Shown in pieces: positions 26,849 through 39,577 of a stretch of DNA of 64,000 nt. This DNA is from Paraspadella gotoi. Lineage: Eukaryota; Animalia; Chaetognatha. The stretch spans positions 14,674,755 through 14,738,754 of the forward strand of contig CM119266.1 in NCBI GenBank assembly GCA_051294375.1, read 5' to 3'. The notes beneath the pieces were generated by a model. The model saw only the letters and a list, made by a program, of their open reading frames with translations. It did no database searches and was not told the origin of the DNA. Made by a program: the position numbers and the translations under genes. The stretch's first letter is position 1. Each line of letters starts with the position of its first letter.

Positions 26849-27409
26849 GGAGAGGAGAGAGAGAGAGGAGAGCAGAGGAAGTAGGCCAACGATTTAGAAT
26901 TACTGCACCCTTCAGTTCGAAAGGTCTCCGAGGACACTTTTAGAAAAGTTTTTCCAATGATAAAAGTGTACAACGTGTACTATGTATGTAATTATATGCT
27001 TAATTTCGTTCCTTCCTGAATCTCAAAATCGTCTCTCTCTGATATGGACGAATCTTTCTTTTAATTTCTTAACAATGAAATTCTTTTTAAATTGATACAC
27101 ACTTCGAACAACTTGGTCCCGACCAGACAATATATTGTCTAATTCCAGATTTGTTCTTCGACAATATCCAATTGTTCCACTCTTTATTTCTACCTAAACC
27201 AAAGATACTTATTTTCCTCCGTCTTATCTCGGTTACAAGTCCTCTTTCATTCTTCTTCAATCTTTAACCTCATCTCCTTTCCAAGTTTTTTTGGCCTTTT
27301 TTCTTTCCTTACCTCCCGACTTTCTCCCTTCCATCCATCATCTTCCTTTTCTTTTAACCTCATCCCCCTCACCGCCCTTCTTTCCTTTCTCCCCATTTCC
27401 TCCTTCGCA

Positions 27410-27810
27410 ACTTCCGGCGTTTTTCCGGTTGATTGTCGGCGTCGGTCTTCGAATCTCGGCGCCTCTCGTGGCGCTCGTGGTTTTGCGGGGGCGGGAGGCG
27501 GCTTCCGCGGCAGCGGCTGCGGCGGCGGCGCCCCGGAGAACATGGGGGTAGGAGGTAAGGAGGAAGCGGCGAGGGCGGCGGCGAAAGGCGGATGGCCGCG
27601 CCGGTTCTTCTCCGTCGTTGGCGGCGAGGGGCGCGCGCGGGAGCGAGCGCCGACCGAGGGCGCGCGGCGCTCTTTCTCTCCCGCTCGCGGCGACGTCGGC
27701 TGGGCGTCGGCGCGCGGTCTTCCCGGCGACGGGCGGCCGGCGTCGCGACATCCGGTGGCGACGCCGACGACGCCGCTGCCGCCACTCGTCTTTTCGCGCC
27801 GGAAGGAAAA
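27410..27810. other. Very GC/CpG-rich island
   Basis: About 400 bp dominated by C and G (gcggcggcgg, gcgcgcgcgg) within AT-rich sequence. ORFs in several frames are low-complexity R/A/P/G. Confidence 0.7.
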
Positions 27811-27983
27811 GAAGAAGAAGGCGGAAAGTTTTTTCTACTCTCTCTCTCTCGCGCTTCGGAGGAGACGAGCGAGAGAGCGAGAGAGAGAGAGTGGGAAAGA
27901 GATAGGGATAGAAATAGAGAGAGAGCGAGAGAAAGAGATCGAAAAAGTTTTTTGTTTGTGCCTCTTCTTCTTCCCGGTGTAAT

Positions 27984-28014
<31 letters not shown>

Positions 28015-29098
28015 GAGAGATAGGGAGAGAATGAGAGAAAGAGAGAGAGAGAATCGATGATATGATGAATCAATAATATTGGTTCAAGTTCACAGTGCTG
28101 CTGACAAATTTGAATTGGAAGAAGTAAACTATATAAAGAATATAATTAAATCTAATATATAGTAAAATTTATTAATTTTTTAAATTTATTTTTAAATCTT
28201 AATATAAAATTTTAAAGTTTAATACAGTATAGTATATAGTATATTGTACAATAGAGTAAAACAAGTAATCTTGCAATTTTTTATAGATAAAATCTTTTGA
28301 ATTAATATCATTATGATTTATTATCGTTTATTGTTTATTACTTCTTTTTGTAAAAAATATGAGCATTATTATTTAATACTCAACAGTCAATCAAAATCGA
28401 CCTCTCTGCCCTCGACCCAATTCCATCCTGAAAAATCGAATAAAAAAAGTACTAAATACAACCAATAATAAATTTGAACGAATCAGATTTAATTAAAATT
28501 AGAAACGTATTACTTCATATTAAATACTAAGTAAAATACTCCATAATGTAAAATTCTAAAAAAGTTTCACTTTCTTTTCCAAGACGAACAAAGCAAATTC
28601 GGTTACTCTTTGCAGCAGTCAGATGATTGCAGGGGCTGCTTTTTTTGCTGCTGCTGCGGCGGCAGCGTTCCGCGACTTATGCGGTGGAGGGAGAAGGATC
28701 AACTCGGATCGAAAGGGATGAGGGAAGATTTGGACGAAAAAAAGAAAGAAAGGGAAAAAATAAAGAGGAAAAAAAATTGGAAAGAGAATAATAAAGGAAA
28801 TAAGAGGGTGAATAATTAGAATAAAAAAAGGAAGGAAAATAAATAAAAGGGATGCAGAAAGAAAAAGAGATAGAAAGAAAGAAAGAAAAAGTAGGAGAGA
28901 AAGAAGGAGAGAAAAAAAGAGAGAATGGAAGCAGAAAAGAGAGAAAAATCCGCTTTTTTTAAGACGAATTTGTGGAATTGAAAGAGAATCAGGATAAAAG
29001 CGAAAAGGGGATTGAATAGAGAAGAAAAAAACGAATGAAAGAAAAGTTGAAAAATGAGGAGAAATGAGGTAGGGATTTAAGGAGGGAGGGATGGAGAG

Positions 29099-29156
<58 letters not shown>

Positions 29157-29649
29157 GATACTTAAAGAAATATAAATTAGCCCATCTTGGTCCCACCAAT
29201 GTCCCACTGCTGACCGATACAGTATAAAAAAAATCCCACTTTATGATCCCTCGTGCCCCCATGAATCACAACCTCATCAGTTCCCACCCAAAAGTACACC
29301 AGAATTTGCCCACACGCTTCCCCACTGGGGAACCCCGTATCCCTAGTCCCCAGTCTCCGACCTCCTCCACAAGAATTCCCTTCATCCAATCCAGGGCCGC
29401 TTTTTCGCTTCGTCATCCTTTGGTTGGATCCCCCGATTTCGGAGGGAACAGAGAGAGAGAGAATGAGAGAGAGTCCTCTTTTTTTCTGCTCTAACGCCGT
29501 CGTACCCATAATGACGGACGGAAGGCGCTGAGAGGGAGAGAAAAAAAAGGCCCTTCATATCGGCTTTCTCCTCTCTCTCTCTTCTCTCTCTCTCCTCCTC
29601 TCTCTCCTCCCTCTCTCTTCTCTCTCTCTCTCTCTCTCTCTCTTTTTCT

Positions 29650-29835
29650 CCGTCGCGGCGGCGACGGGAAAACTCCAGCCAGAGGGGGGCGCGCGCCCCT
29701 GGCCGGCCGGCCCTCGCGGCGCGACAATCCGGCCGCCGCCGCCCCCCCTCGAGAGCGGCCGGCCCCCGCGGCCGCCAGCACGCCCACCGCCGCCCTCGGA
29801 AGGGGCGGCCGCGAACCGGGGGAAAACACCGACGC
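29650..29835. other. Very GC-rich island bracketed by (CT)n and (GA)n tracts
   Basis: The core includes ggggggcgcgcgcccctggccggccggcc. CT tract ~29565-29645 and GA tract ~29847-29925. Confidence 0.7.
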
Positions 29836-29843
29836 AAGATTCT

Positions 29844-29930
<87 letters not shown>

Positions 29931-30622
29931 ATCAGCTGGCGGCATTCGAGAAAGGGAGGAGAGAGAGAGAGACAGAGAAACCACCGGAATCAGCTGATGA
30001 TCCAAAGTAAAAAAAAAAAAAAGAGGCCTGTTGAAAATCATAAGGACGCCTCGGGAAGCGAGGTCGACGATGACGAAGACGACGACGAAAACGACGACGG
30101 ACGTCGGAACAAAAAGACAGAAAAAACTTTTTCGTCTCGAATCGATCGAGTGACGAATTTTGAAAATTGGGGACGGCAGCGGACTTGATTTTTCAAGAAT
30201 GAACTGGAAAATGCCAGACGGGTGACGGCTGCCCTTATCGAGAGAACTTATTTTTGAATGTTTAACTTTTAAGCCTTGAGATCGAAGTCGCTAATGGCAC
30301 TCGAAGATCGAGACGAAGGATTTCAGGAACTTTTTCAAGACATTTTTGAAAAGTAAATATTAAATCACATTCCGCGTCCTGAGATTAGTTAGAAATCTGA
30401 TAGGGTTGGACTTTTAAGGGGACGGTCTTGTAATACATTATCACACTCGGGTCACGTCGCTTGAGTCGTCACACGACACCCTCCGTGCCTCGTCTCCTTT
30501 AGTACGTCAACACATTTCAGTGTCTCTTGTTTTTTGACGTCTTCTGACTTCGTCAGACGTCAAGAATTTATAGACGCAGTTCCGGTTTTCATTTTGTCGT
30601 TGAAGGTTTGGAGATTCTGGAC

Positions 30623-30683
<61 letters not shown>

Positions 30684-31685
30684 CTTTCTTATATAATCTC
30701 TCATCAAAGGCCAAGAGCAACAAAGGTATAGAAAATGAGAATATTGCATGAGGGACGAATATTTTCTCTTTTTTTCCGAATCGAATCAGATTTTTATTTT
30801 ATGTTATTTTTTTCTTCATTTTTATTTTTCCCCATAAATTTTAGTATCCATTTTATATTCTGTACATTTTGTTTTTTCCCAAATGAGAAAAAACTTTTAT
30901 AACGAAAACTAATAGAATAATAAAATATCTTATCAAATTCGTATCAAATATTAACTTTTTTTTGCTCATTTGCATAATCTAATCGAGCGAGACGGGGATT
31001 CGGCCGTGACCCCGAGACCCGAAAATCGCCCAAGAATTGGGTCACGGCTTAACCCTTTTTGAGCGTCGTTTCGTCATTTGGGTCATTTGTGAGTAGAGAC
31101 TAGAGAGATTCGATACAGTATTGGGAATACTTTGTAAAAATGTACAATGTAAATTTACATGAATAGGATTTTACTCTACCAGAGGTGAGGATATAATGAA
31201 GTTCTCAAATCAACACGTCACAATATAACATAATTAAAAAAGCCTCACTTACCTTCAAGTGGCGGGCAGCAGCGTTGGAAAAAAAATTTAAAAAAAGGGA
31301 AGAAGGGGAAAATAAAATAAGAATTAAATTAAGTTATTAGATACATCGTACATTGTATAATGATCATGATGAGGTTTCATGTTCTCGACTCATTTTACAG
31401 ATTAAGAAATCCACGTGCCACGATTTACGTTAATGCAGAGAAATTCGATCGGGTGAGTTACGGTAAGTGAGGGGAACTGGATGTGGCAAAGAAACCTCTT
31501 GGGATGTGGTATTTGCCGAGTCGCGCGGAAAAAAAGGGGGCGGTCGTGGGTGGGGGGGGGCGGCCTTATTTATTTCCTCAGACCGAAATTCTCCCGGGCG
31601 AGGACTGTCAGAATTTCCCGGAGCGGAAATGAATTTTGGGGGAGAAAACGAAAAAGATTGAAAAGGTAAACATTGTGAAAGACTC

Positions 31686-31748
<63 letters not shown>

Positions 31749-32291
31749 GGAGAGAGAGGACGAGAGAGAGAGAGAGAGAGAAGAGAGATGAGAGCAGAGA
31801 TTGGGAAGGAGGAGACAGAGTTTAAGGAAAGGGAGAAAATTTCAGTTTCACCTTCCCGGAAAGGTAAGTAAATAACGGACATTTACAAAAGCAGACGAAT
31901 TAAAATTAAAAAAAAAAAGATTAGTTTCGTTCCTAAAACGAATGTCATCGCTTTTAAAATAGAAAATTTGATCATTTGATAAACAATAACATCCGCTGAG
32001 AGAGTAGACTGAGAAAAAGTAAAGGTGTTGAATGACAGTCGAGCTAAAACCGTGAGAACGAAATTTATGAGAACGAAAATAGAAGAAAGATAATTTTAAT
32101 TATAAACGTTTTATCACTTTACTCTTTTCGCTCTTCATCCTTTTGAATTCGCCGACACCCGAAAATAAAAAAAAAACTTAGCAACAAAATTTCATTTCCT
32201 GGTTCGTTTATCGGGTAAATTGAAAAAAAAAGGAAAAAAACTAAGAAAGATATCGAAAATCCGAAAAAAAAATATCGAGGAAAAAAAATTG

Positions 32292-32336
<45 letters not shown>

Positions 32337-33549
32337 AACATATTCGAACCAGTTTTGTGTGACAAAAAAAGGGAATTGCCTTTAAATTAGGACTCAATTT
32401 GTCATCGGCAAATTAAACTCGTCGCTTCCAACATGTCGGTTGTCGGCAACGCAAACAGCCGCCTCGAATTACACCGACCCGCGAAAAATTGCCGACGAAA
32501 TTCGCCGACTTAATTTCGCGACTGGAATTTGTGAGGGAATTTTTCCCGAGGAAAGCGCTGAGTCGAAAAATCGCGAAGTTTTTCCGACGGATTTCCGCAG
32601 TTTCAGCTTAAACGTTACATCGGGAGGAAAAAGTCTGTTGCGTTTGGGTATAATCAGTTTGGAGGGTCTTACTTTTCGCTATGAAACAAGTTTGCTATGA
32701 GACATTGTTTAGACGATTTGTCTGTTCAAATTTTAATAAGCCTGATGTGAGTGTCACGTAAAAAATTTGTTTAATCATTCTGTTTGGATTAGTTAGTAGA
32801 GTAATATGTATAGTTGTATACCCCATCCGTTTGACACTACTCGACGAAACATCACCACCGCCCCCCACCGTAATTTGCAGCATTCCTTCTCATCCGAAAC
32901 ATTTAAATAATTGAGGCGCTTCGCGAATTTCAGCGAAGCAGTTCTCGGGGAATGACGCACTAAAAGATATAGGAGAAGAAAGAAAAAAAAAATAGAATGA
33001 CTCGCCGAAAGATAGAAAAAGGAAGAGAGAGAGAGAGAGAAAAAAAGAAAGAAAAAAAGATTACAAAATTCATGGATCGAAATTTTTCCACATTTCATTT
33101 TGACTTGGTCGACATAAAAACGCCATAACGTTTGATATGGGTTATGGTCGCCATCGTGGAGAAAACGCCTCCGTACGGCCTCGTATTCGGGAATGGAGAG
33201 AGGGATGGGGCTTTTAAATGGGTGGGGGGGGGGACAGGATATTTATATTTTTTTTTCTTTTTCGTAAAAGTTATTTTGTTCTCAGGTTTTTTTTTATGAT
33301 AAACATACTTGAGATTTACGATTTTAAATTTTTTCCGCTTTTGTTAATATGGTTTGTTTGTCCCTATCTTTTTTTTTTGCTTTCTTTTCTTTTTGCTTTT
33401 TTTCTTTATTCTCTCTATCTTTCTTCCTTCCAATTTATTTTTTTCGTTTTTTTTTTTTCCATTATTTTTTATTTCCTGCCTTTTCCTTTTCTTTCTTTCT
33501 CATTTATTTTTTTATTTTCTCTTTCTTTCTCATTTATCTGTGAAGCTCA

Positions 33550-33770
33550 CGGTCCACGCGTCCCGTCACGGTCGCGATCTCGCAAATTCCGCCTGCTGTC
33601 GCCCGATTGGTGGGTAGGGGAATCTGCTCGGGTTCTGATTGGACGGAAATGGTTTACCTCTACGATCACGTGATTGGATGTTGCGCATCTTTTTTTCTCG
33701 GGTTGGGGGGGGGGGAGTGGGGACGATGGGGAAAGGATTATGGTGAGAGACTTTGAAATGACGTCATCCA
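33550..33770. promoter_or_regulatory. Promoter/enhancer-like module: three same-strand CCAAT (ATTGG) boxes, an E-box and a CRE
   Basis: ATTGG at 33606, 33638 and 33673 (spacing 32 and 35 bp), each in a YGATTGG context. CACGTG at 33667 and TGACGTCA at 33759. GC-rich island within poly-T flanks. Confidence 0.5.
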
Positions 33771-34188
33771 TTGTTATGTTAACCGTGAAAAAGACAACGA
33801 AGAAAAAAATGTAGATAAATCTTTTAACTAGAATAAAAAGCAGAAAATGAACAAAATGACAGAAAAAAACTCACGATTAAAAAGGTTTATAAGTTGTAAT
33901 TTTTAACTTAACATTCTGAATTGGAACTTAACAAAAACGAAATCGCTGAAGACAACATTATGCAAATGAGCTTTTCATTTCCATTTCCATTAAAGATAAC
34001 TGACTGTGAAACGCAAATCAAAAGCAAAAAAAATCCCCTTCATCTAAAAAGCAATAAATCTCGAAATAAATCCGAAAAGAAAATTAAAAAGAAGAAAAAC
34101 TCTCTCTTTGATTTTTTTTCCTAATTAATTTTTTTGCTCGAATAAGATTGGAAAAAAAAGGATAAACATACAAAATTCTCTCTGTCTA

Positions 34189-34238
<50 letters not shown>

Positions 34239-35388
34239 CTCTTTCTCTCACTCACACACACCATGAAGACCGAACACAAAAACCGAAACACGAAATTGAT
34301 TTACTATTGATTCTTGCGTGTTTCCCTTTGACGGTGGGGGAGATAATGCTGCCGCCGCTTGGCGACTGCGGCAGACTCCGCGTCCGTCTCAGCAGCCCCG
34401 CCGCCGCGAACGCTGCCTCCATTCATGGTTGTCCTTCTGGCGATGGATTTTTACGCTCCCGCTGCTTCTATTGACCCAAAGTTGAGTAACGCATTGATGA
34501 AGAAAATCGCTTCTCCGTATGGCTACCGTTTTTATTAAAAAAAAGAAAAAAAAAAGAAAGAAAAAAAGGAAAGAAGTAAAAACACGAAATAAAGAATGAA
34601 ATGGCAGGAAAAAGAAAATTGGTTTATATTTTTTTTTGGTTGGGAGAGAAAATTGAAAACTGAAAGGAAGGAGGGAACGGGACACCAATCTTGCTTGGTG
34701 CCTGACATTTATAAATAAAGCAAGCTACGATTACATATATACATTTATCCATCCGTTTATCCGTTCACGAATCCACCCATTCTTTGAAACCCTCAATTCC
34801 GTTCGCTCCCCTTCTCTCCCCCGCCCCCCTCATCTTCACCAAATTTTCGGGGTTCCGATAAAATCGTTTCTGAAATTCGATTTTCCAAAAGTCAACACAA
34901 TTAAGGATTTTGGAGCCGCGCCATTAGGGCCTGGAAGACCGCGCCCCCCCCCACTTTTGCTCGAAACGCAATTTAATTTCGACGTCGTTGTCGTCGTCGT
35001 TTTCGTTGTCGACGTCGTAATCGTTAACGAGGTTGAAATTATAACATTGAGTTTATACTTATTTTTGGCTTTTAACTTTTTATGAACTTTTTGCGACATT
35101 CAGTCATAAATGGGCAGACGATTCCTTCATTCGACATCGTCGTTCGTCGGTCAACGTTCATCTAAGAATGAGTCGCAAATGCATTTATCTCCGTCATCTT
35201 TTGTCATTTGTCATTCGACCATCGCAATCTTTTTTCCTCATCGTTCGTCATTTTTACTGCCGCTCATTTCCATTATCGTTTTCATTGTTTCGGTTGTTCG
35301 TCCGTTCTTTGCGCCTTCGTTCGTTCGTTTTTGTTATTCACTGTTCGTTACCATTCATTATCATTCGTCATCATTCTCTGATCGTTAA

Positions 35389-35430
<42 letters not shown>
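35389..35430. repeat. (TCG)n microsatellite
   Basis: Seen directly. Confidence 0.95.
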
Positions 35431-35431
<1 letters not shown>

Positions 35432-36782
35432 AATCAATCATTTCCCGCGCGAATTCGCGACTCGTAATTTCACTCCGGACGTTTTTACGACTTTCGGCAT
35501 CGACGACGTCCGCTTTTCGAGTCTAATCTCCGCGATCGAATTCAACGTCGATGTCGGTTCTAATCGCGGATATTTTCTAATCTCGAGAGTCGACGTCGGA
35601 GCTAAATTTCAGCGACTCGAGACTTCGAGAAGGACAAGTGATTGTTGCGACATGAGTTTGACAAAGCGCGTTCAAGGGCCAAAGGGCGAGGAATGACCAT
35701 TAACCAGGGGATCTTTGGGGTCAATGAAGTCAATACTGGCTCGAAACCTTAACAATTCTGGTTTCTAAGGCAGTTGCTTGTTTGTTTGAGCGATTAGAAA
35801 TATAAAAATACGCAATTAAAATAGGCAGTTGTAACACCAAACCTTTTCACGGGACTTAGTTTTTTTCCTAATTTTTTTTCGTCCCAGTCAATCCTAACGT
35901 TTAGATAGATCCGTTTCCCGATTACGAGAGCATTGCGATCGCCGACCACCTTCGATATCAGCCCTAACCATCGCCCACTCTTCTCGTCCTCGTCTTTTTC
36001 ATAAATCGACGTCAAAACCGGAAATCGTCTGCGTTTATCTCTCTCTTGACGGTGTGTTTCGATTCACGCTCAGTTGCAACAATGTTCGCGGCCCACTGAA
36101 CACCGGGGTGACTTAAAAATTGAGAAAACAGAATTACGGTTTCGTTTACATTTGCGGCTTCTCTGTTCGTTTATTTTTAGTCTTTCTTTCTTTCTTTCCT
36201 TTCTTTCTTTCTTTCTTTCTTTCTTTTTCCATTATCTCCATTTTTTGCTTCCAACGCGGACTTCATGCAAATGACCCTGAGAGTTGAGAGTTTAATGTCC
36301 GACGGTAAAAAGTATGGACGCAAGAGAAGAGAGAGAGAGAGCGAGAGAGAGAGAGAGAGAGAGAGNNNNNNNNNNNNNNNNNNNNNNNNNNNNNNNNNNN
36401 NNNNNNNNNNNNNNNNNNNNNNNNNNNNNNNNNNNNNNNNNNNNNNNNNNNNNNNNNNNNNNNNNNNNNNNNNNNNNNNNNNNNNNNNNNNNNNNNNNNN
36501 NNNNNNNNNNNNNNNNNNNNNNNNNNNNNNNNNNNNNNNNNNNNNNNNNNNNNNNNNNNNNNNNNNNNNNNNNNNNNNNGAGGTGACATTCAAAGCAGAG
36601 TAAAGTCATTCGCGGCAGGCGAGATTAACCTTTGTCTAAGGAACAAGAAACCATTAATTCTTTCATTATTGCTGAGCTGAGCTGAGCTCTTTGTTCTTTT
36701 CAAAATTACGGACAAAGTAGGTATATTCAGTTTATTCGCTGAATAAATATTCAAGCGTCGGCGAATCTGGGCCTTTTTTTTC

Positions 36783-38790
36783 GGGTCATCTCCCAAATCC
36801 TCCGCCCCGCGGGGTGGCTCTAGGGCGTGGCCCCAGGGGCAGACTATTCCAGGGGAGCAGCAAAATGGTCATTGAGGGGGCGCCCCCAATAGACCCAAAA
36901 TGTTTGCCCAGGGGGAACCCCCCTGGGGCGGCCCCCTGGGGCCAAAAAAAGTCTGCCCCTGGGGGTAACCCCTTGGGGAGCAAAAAAGTGCTCCCCCTTG
37001 GGCGAGTTAAGGAGAGAGCAAAGTTTAGATAAAAAAATATACTTTCTGACAATGTTATTGTATCTGAGAATCTCTCCCTGTCTGTTACTCTCTCTTTCTT
37101 TCTCTTTCTCTTTCTCTCACTTTCTCTTCTCTCTTCTCTCTCTCTCTCTCTTTTCTCTCTCTTCTCTCTCTTCTTTTTTCTTTTTTTTCTTTTTTCTTTT
37201 TCTTTTCTTTCTCTCTTTCTTTCTCTCTCTCTATCTTTTTCTCTCTCTCATCTTTCAAGACTTGTTTATGTAACTTAAAAAATATACATTTTTTAAAATT
37301 ATTGTTAACTCGTTTATTCCATATTTTATCTAAAAATTATAATATTTGTATTTTTGAACTTAATTATTTTATTTCATAAATAAAGATATAGAAACAAGTT
37401 TGAGCAAACAATGTATGACGTGGCCACAATATTTAGTGGTAAGAAGCTAATCAGTCATCTGTCTTTTTTTTTTCCTTTCCTTTTTTTTTTTTTTTTTTGG
37501 ATGGACATACTGATGGACTGATAGAGAGAAACATAATTTTTTAAAAAAATATTCATAATTTGATTCAAAAAAGAATTAAATAAATCATAAATAAACAAAT
37601 AATAGGCAGTAATCGACAGATCTACTTAGTGAATTATGGAGTCCCCCCCAAAAAAAAAATATTCATCAAGATTTTTAATTCATGATCAACATTAAATGAG
37701 TTTCACATCGTGAAAATTTTTTTTCATTTAAGATTTGTAATTAAAAATTGTCAGTTTATAGATTCCCTCTGATGAACTCACGTTGTTGAGGAAAGGCTGA
37801 TGGTTTGAGAGAGAGAGTGAGCAAAACTTTATATCAGCTCAATCACACACTTTTCTACCCACACACAAGATTTCATTCCAATCCATATATCTAATCACGA
37901 ATAATTTGAGTTTAATGCTAATGTGGGACAGACTTAAAGACTGATATTAATAATTAATTAATTATTAATTAATTAATTATTTTTTATAGTGAATTAAAAA
38001 ACCATCCTACTCTTTATTCTACTATTTAAAAATCTTCCTAGGTATGAATTAAGATAAAATTTTGTATGTTTGTAAAAAAGGGTGCAAGTGAAAGTGAGTT
38101 TTAATGGAAAAAACAAAAGTCACATTTACTTGAATTTTATTTAAAAAATTTTCTCACTCTTTCTTTCTTTCTATTTCTCACAGATGAAATTAATAATTAG
38201 CTAATTGTAAAGTTGATTGTTGACCAAATTATCCAAGTTGTCTAAATTATGCAAGTTTACCAAATTATGCAAGTTTACAAATTATGCAAGTTTATCAAAT
38301 TCTAAAAGTTGACCAAATTATATCAGTTGACCAAATTATGTCATTTGACTAAATTATGCAAGTTTACCAAATTATGCATATTGGTATTGGCGCAGCTATT
38401 GGTTCATTGATTGATTAATTGAAGTGAAAAATATTATTTTTATTTTTATATTTTATTTTAATAAAAGATGAAAAAAGAAAAGAGATAGAGAAAGAGAGAG
38501 AGAGGGAGAGAGAGAAAGAGAGGAGAGGGAGAGAGAAATAGGAGGGAAAGAGAGCCGTTCCAGGGGGCAGGCAAATTCATGCCCCCGGGGGTGGCCCCCA
38601 GGGGAAAGGTTTTTCTAGCCCCTGGGGGATTCCCCCTGGAGTGGCCCCTTGGGGCCCAAAAAAAGAGGCTACAGGGGGCCGCCCCTAGGCAGTAAGGATT
38701 TGCTTGCCCCCCGGGGCCGCCCCACGGGGCCACCCCGCGGAGCCGCCCCTAGCAGCGCCCCCGGGGGAGGCGATTCTGAAGGATGACATA
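36783..38790. mobile_element. Putative non-autonomous DNA transposon / foldback-like element with degenerate GC-rich terminal inverted repeats
   Basis: Left end GTCATCTCCCAAATCCTCC vs reverse complement of right end GTCATCCTTCAGAATCGCCTCC. CCGCGGGGTGGC (36807-36818) is perfectly inverted at 38729-38740. Both ~220-bp ends are rich in CCCCWGGGG-type palindromes. No ORF inside and no target-site duplication found. Confidence 0.55.
38218..38378. repeat. 18-bp tandem array, consensus AAGTTKACCAAATTATGC (about 9 copies)
   Basis: ttgaccaaattatcc aagttgtctaaattatgc aagtttaccaaattatgc aagtttacaaattatgc ... seen directly. Confidence 0.9.
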
Positions 38791-39500
38791 CTTGCATATT
38801 TGAGTCTCTTGGTATCATGAAGAGGGCGGGTTGATCAATTGTGAACTTAATAGGAGAATCGGTGAAAAGTGAACAAATGAAAGACTCATTGTGAACCGAA
38901 AGATGACAAATGTCGTCAGTGACTCACTATATCATTCCGGTCAAGGCCCCAAAAATGGCATCGAATACAACCATCGATTCCCGCCGTCTCAATCGAACGC
39001 CGCCGAATAAACTCACCTCTCCTCCGCCCCCCTCTTTTTCTCCGTCGAGACAATGAAAATGTCGCCTCCTCTCGGCGGCATTTAGAGAATAAATTTTCTC
39101 GCTGCTCTTTTTTTTTTTTTATTATTTGCACGAATTTTATAAAATTTTATACGTTTTTTTTTCTATTCAAACTTCCTCTCGTGTAAAAAATTTTTTTGTA
39201 TCCCCGAGTTTTTCGTATATTAAATCGAACAAATAGTGAAAAAAAAAATTAAGGAAATAAAATTTTGTTTGCTAAATGGGAAAAATACTTCGCATTTAAT
39301 AGGAAAAACTGAAATCATATATACGAGAGAGCGAGAGAGAAAGAGAGCGAAAGAGGGATAGAGAAAATAGTTTCGAGAGCAAACATTTTTTGTAATCTAA
39401 AAGCAGAAAATTCTTTTGATAAAGAATTCTGTTTTTAGAATTGGATGAAAGCAGCGGGATGAAAGAAGCTGAAAAGAATTTAATCGATTTTGCAAAAAAA

Positions 39501-39577
<77 letters not shown>

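Noticed and set aside
30293-30315. AATGGCACTCGAAGA resembling the 5' end of miR-263/miR-183-family microRNAs
   Set aside because: The 3' half does not match and I see no complementary arm for a hairpin. I also did not spot miR-10, miR-993 or iab-4 by eye.
36590-36796. ORF starting MGDDPKKK, reminiscent of the Islet N-terminus
   Set aside because: The start codon is TTG, no LIM cysteines follow, and it overlaps the putative element terminus.
2039-38378. CRISPR-like appearance of the repeat arrays (2039-2150, the 45-bp array and the 18-bp array)
   Set aside because: There are no 23-47 bp repeats with unique ~30-bp spacers, no cas genes, and the context is eukaryotic.
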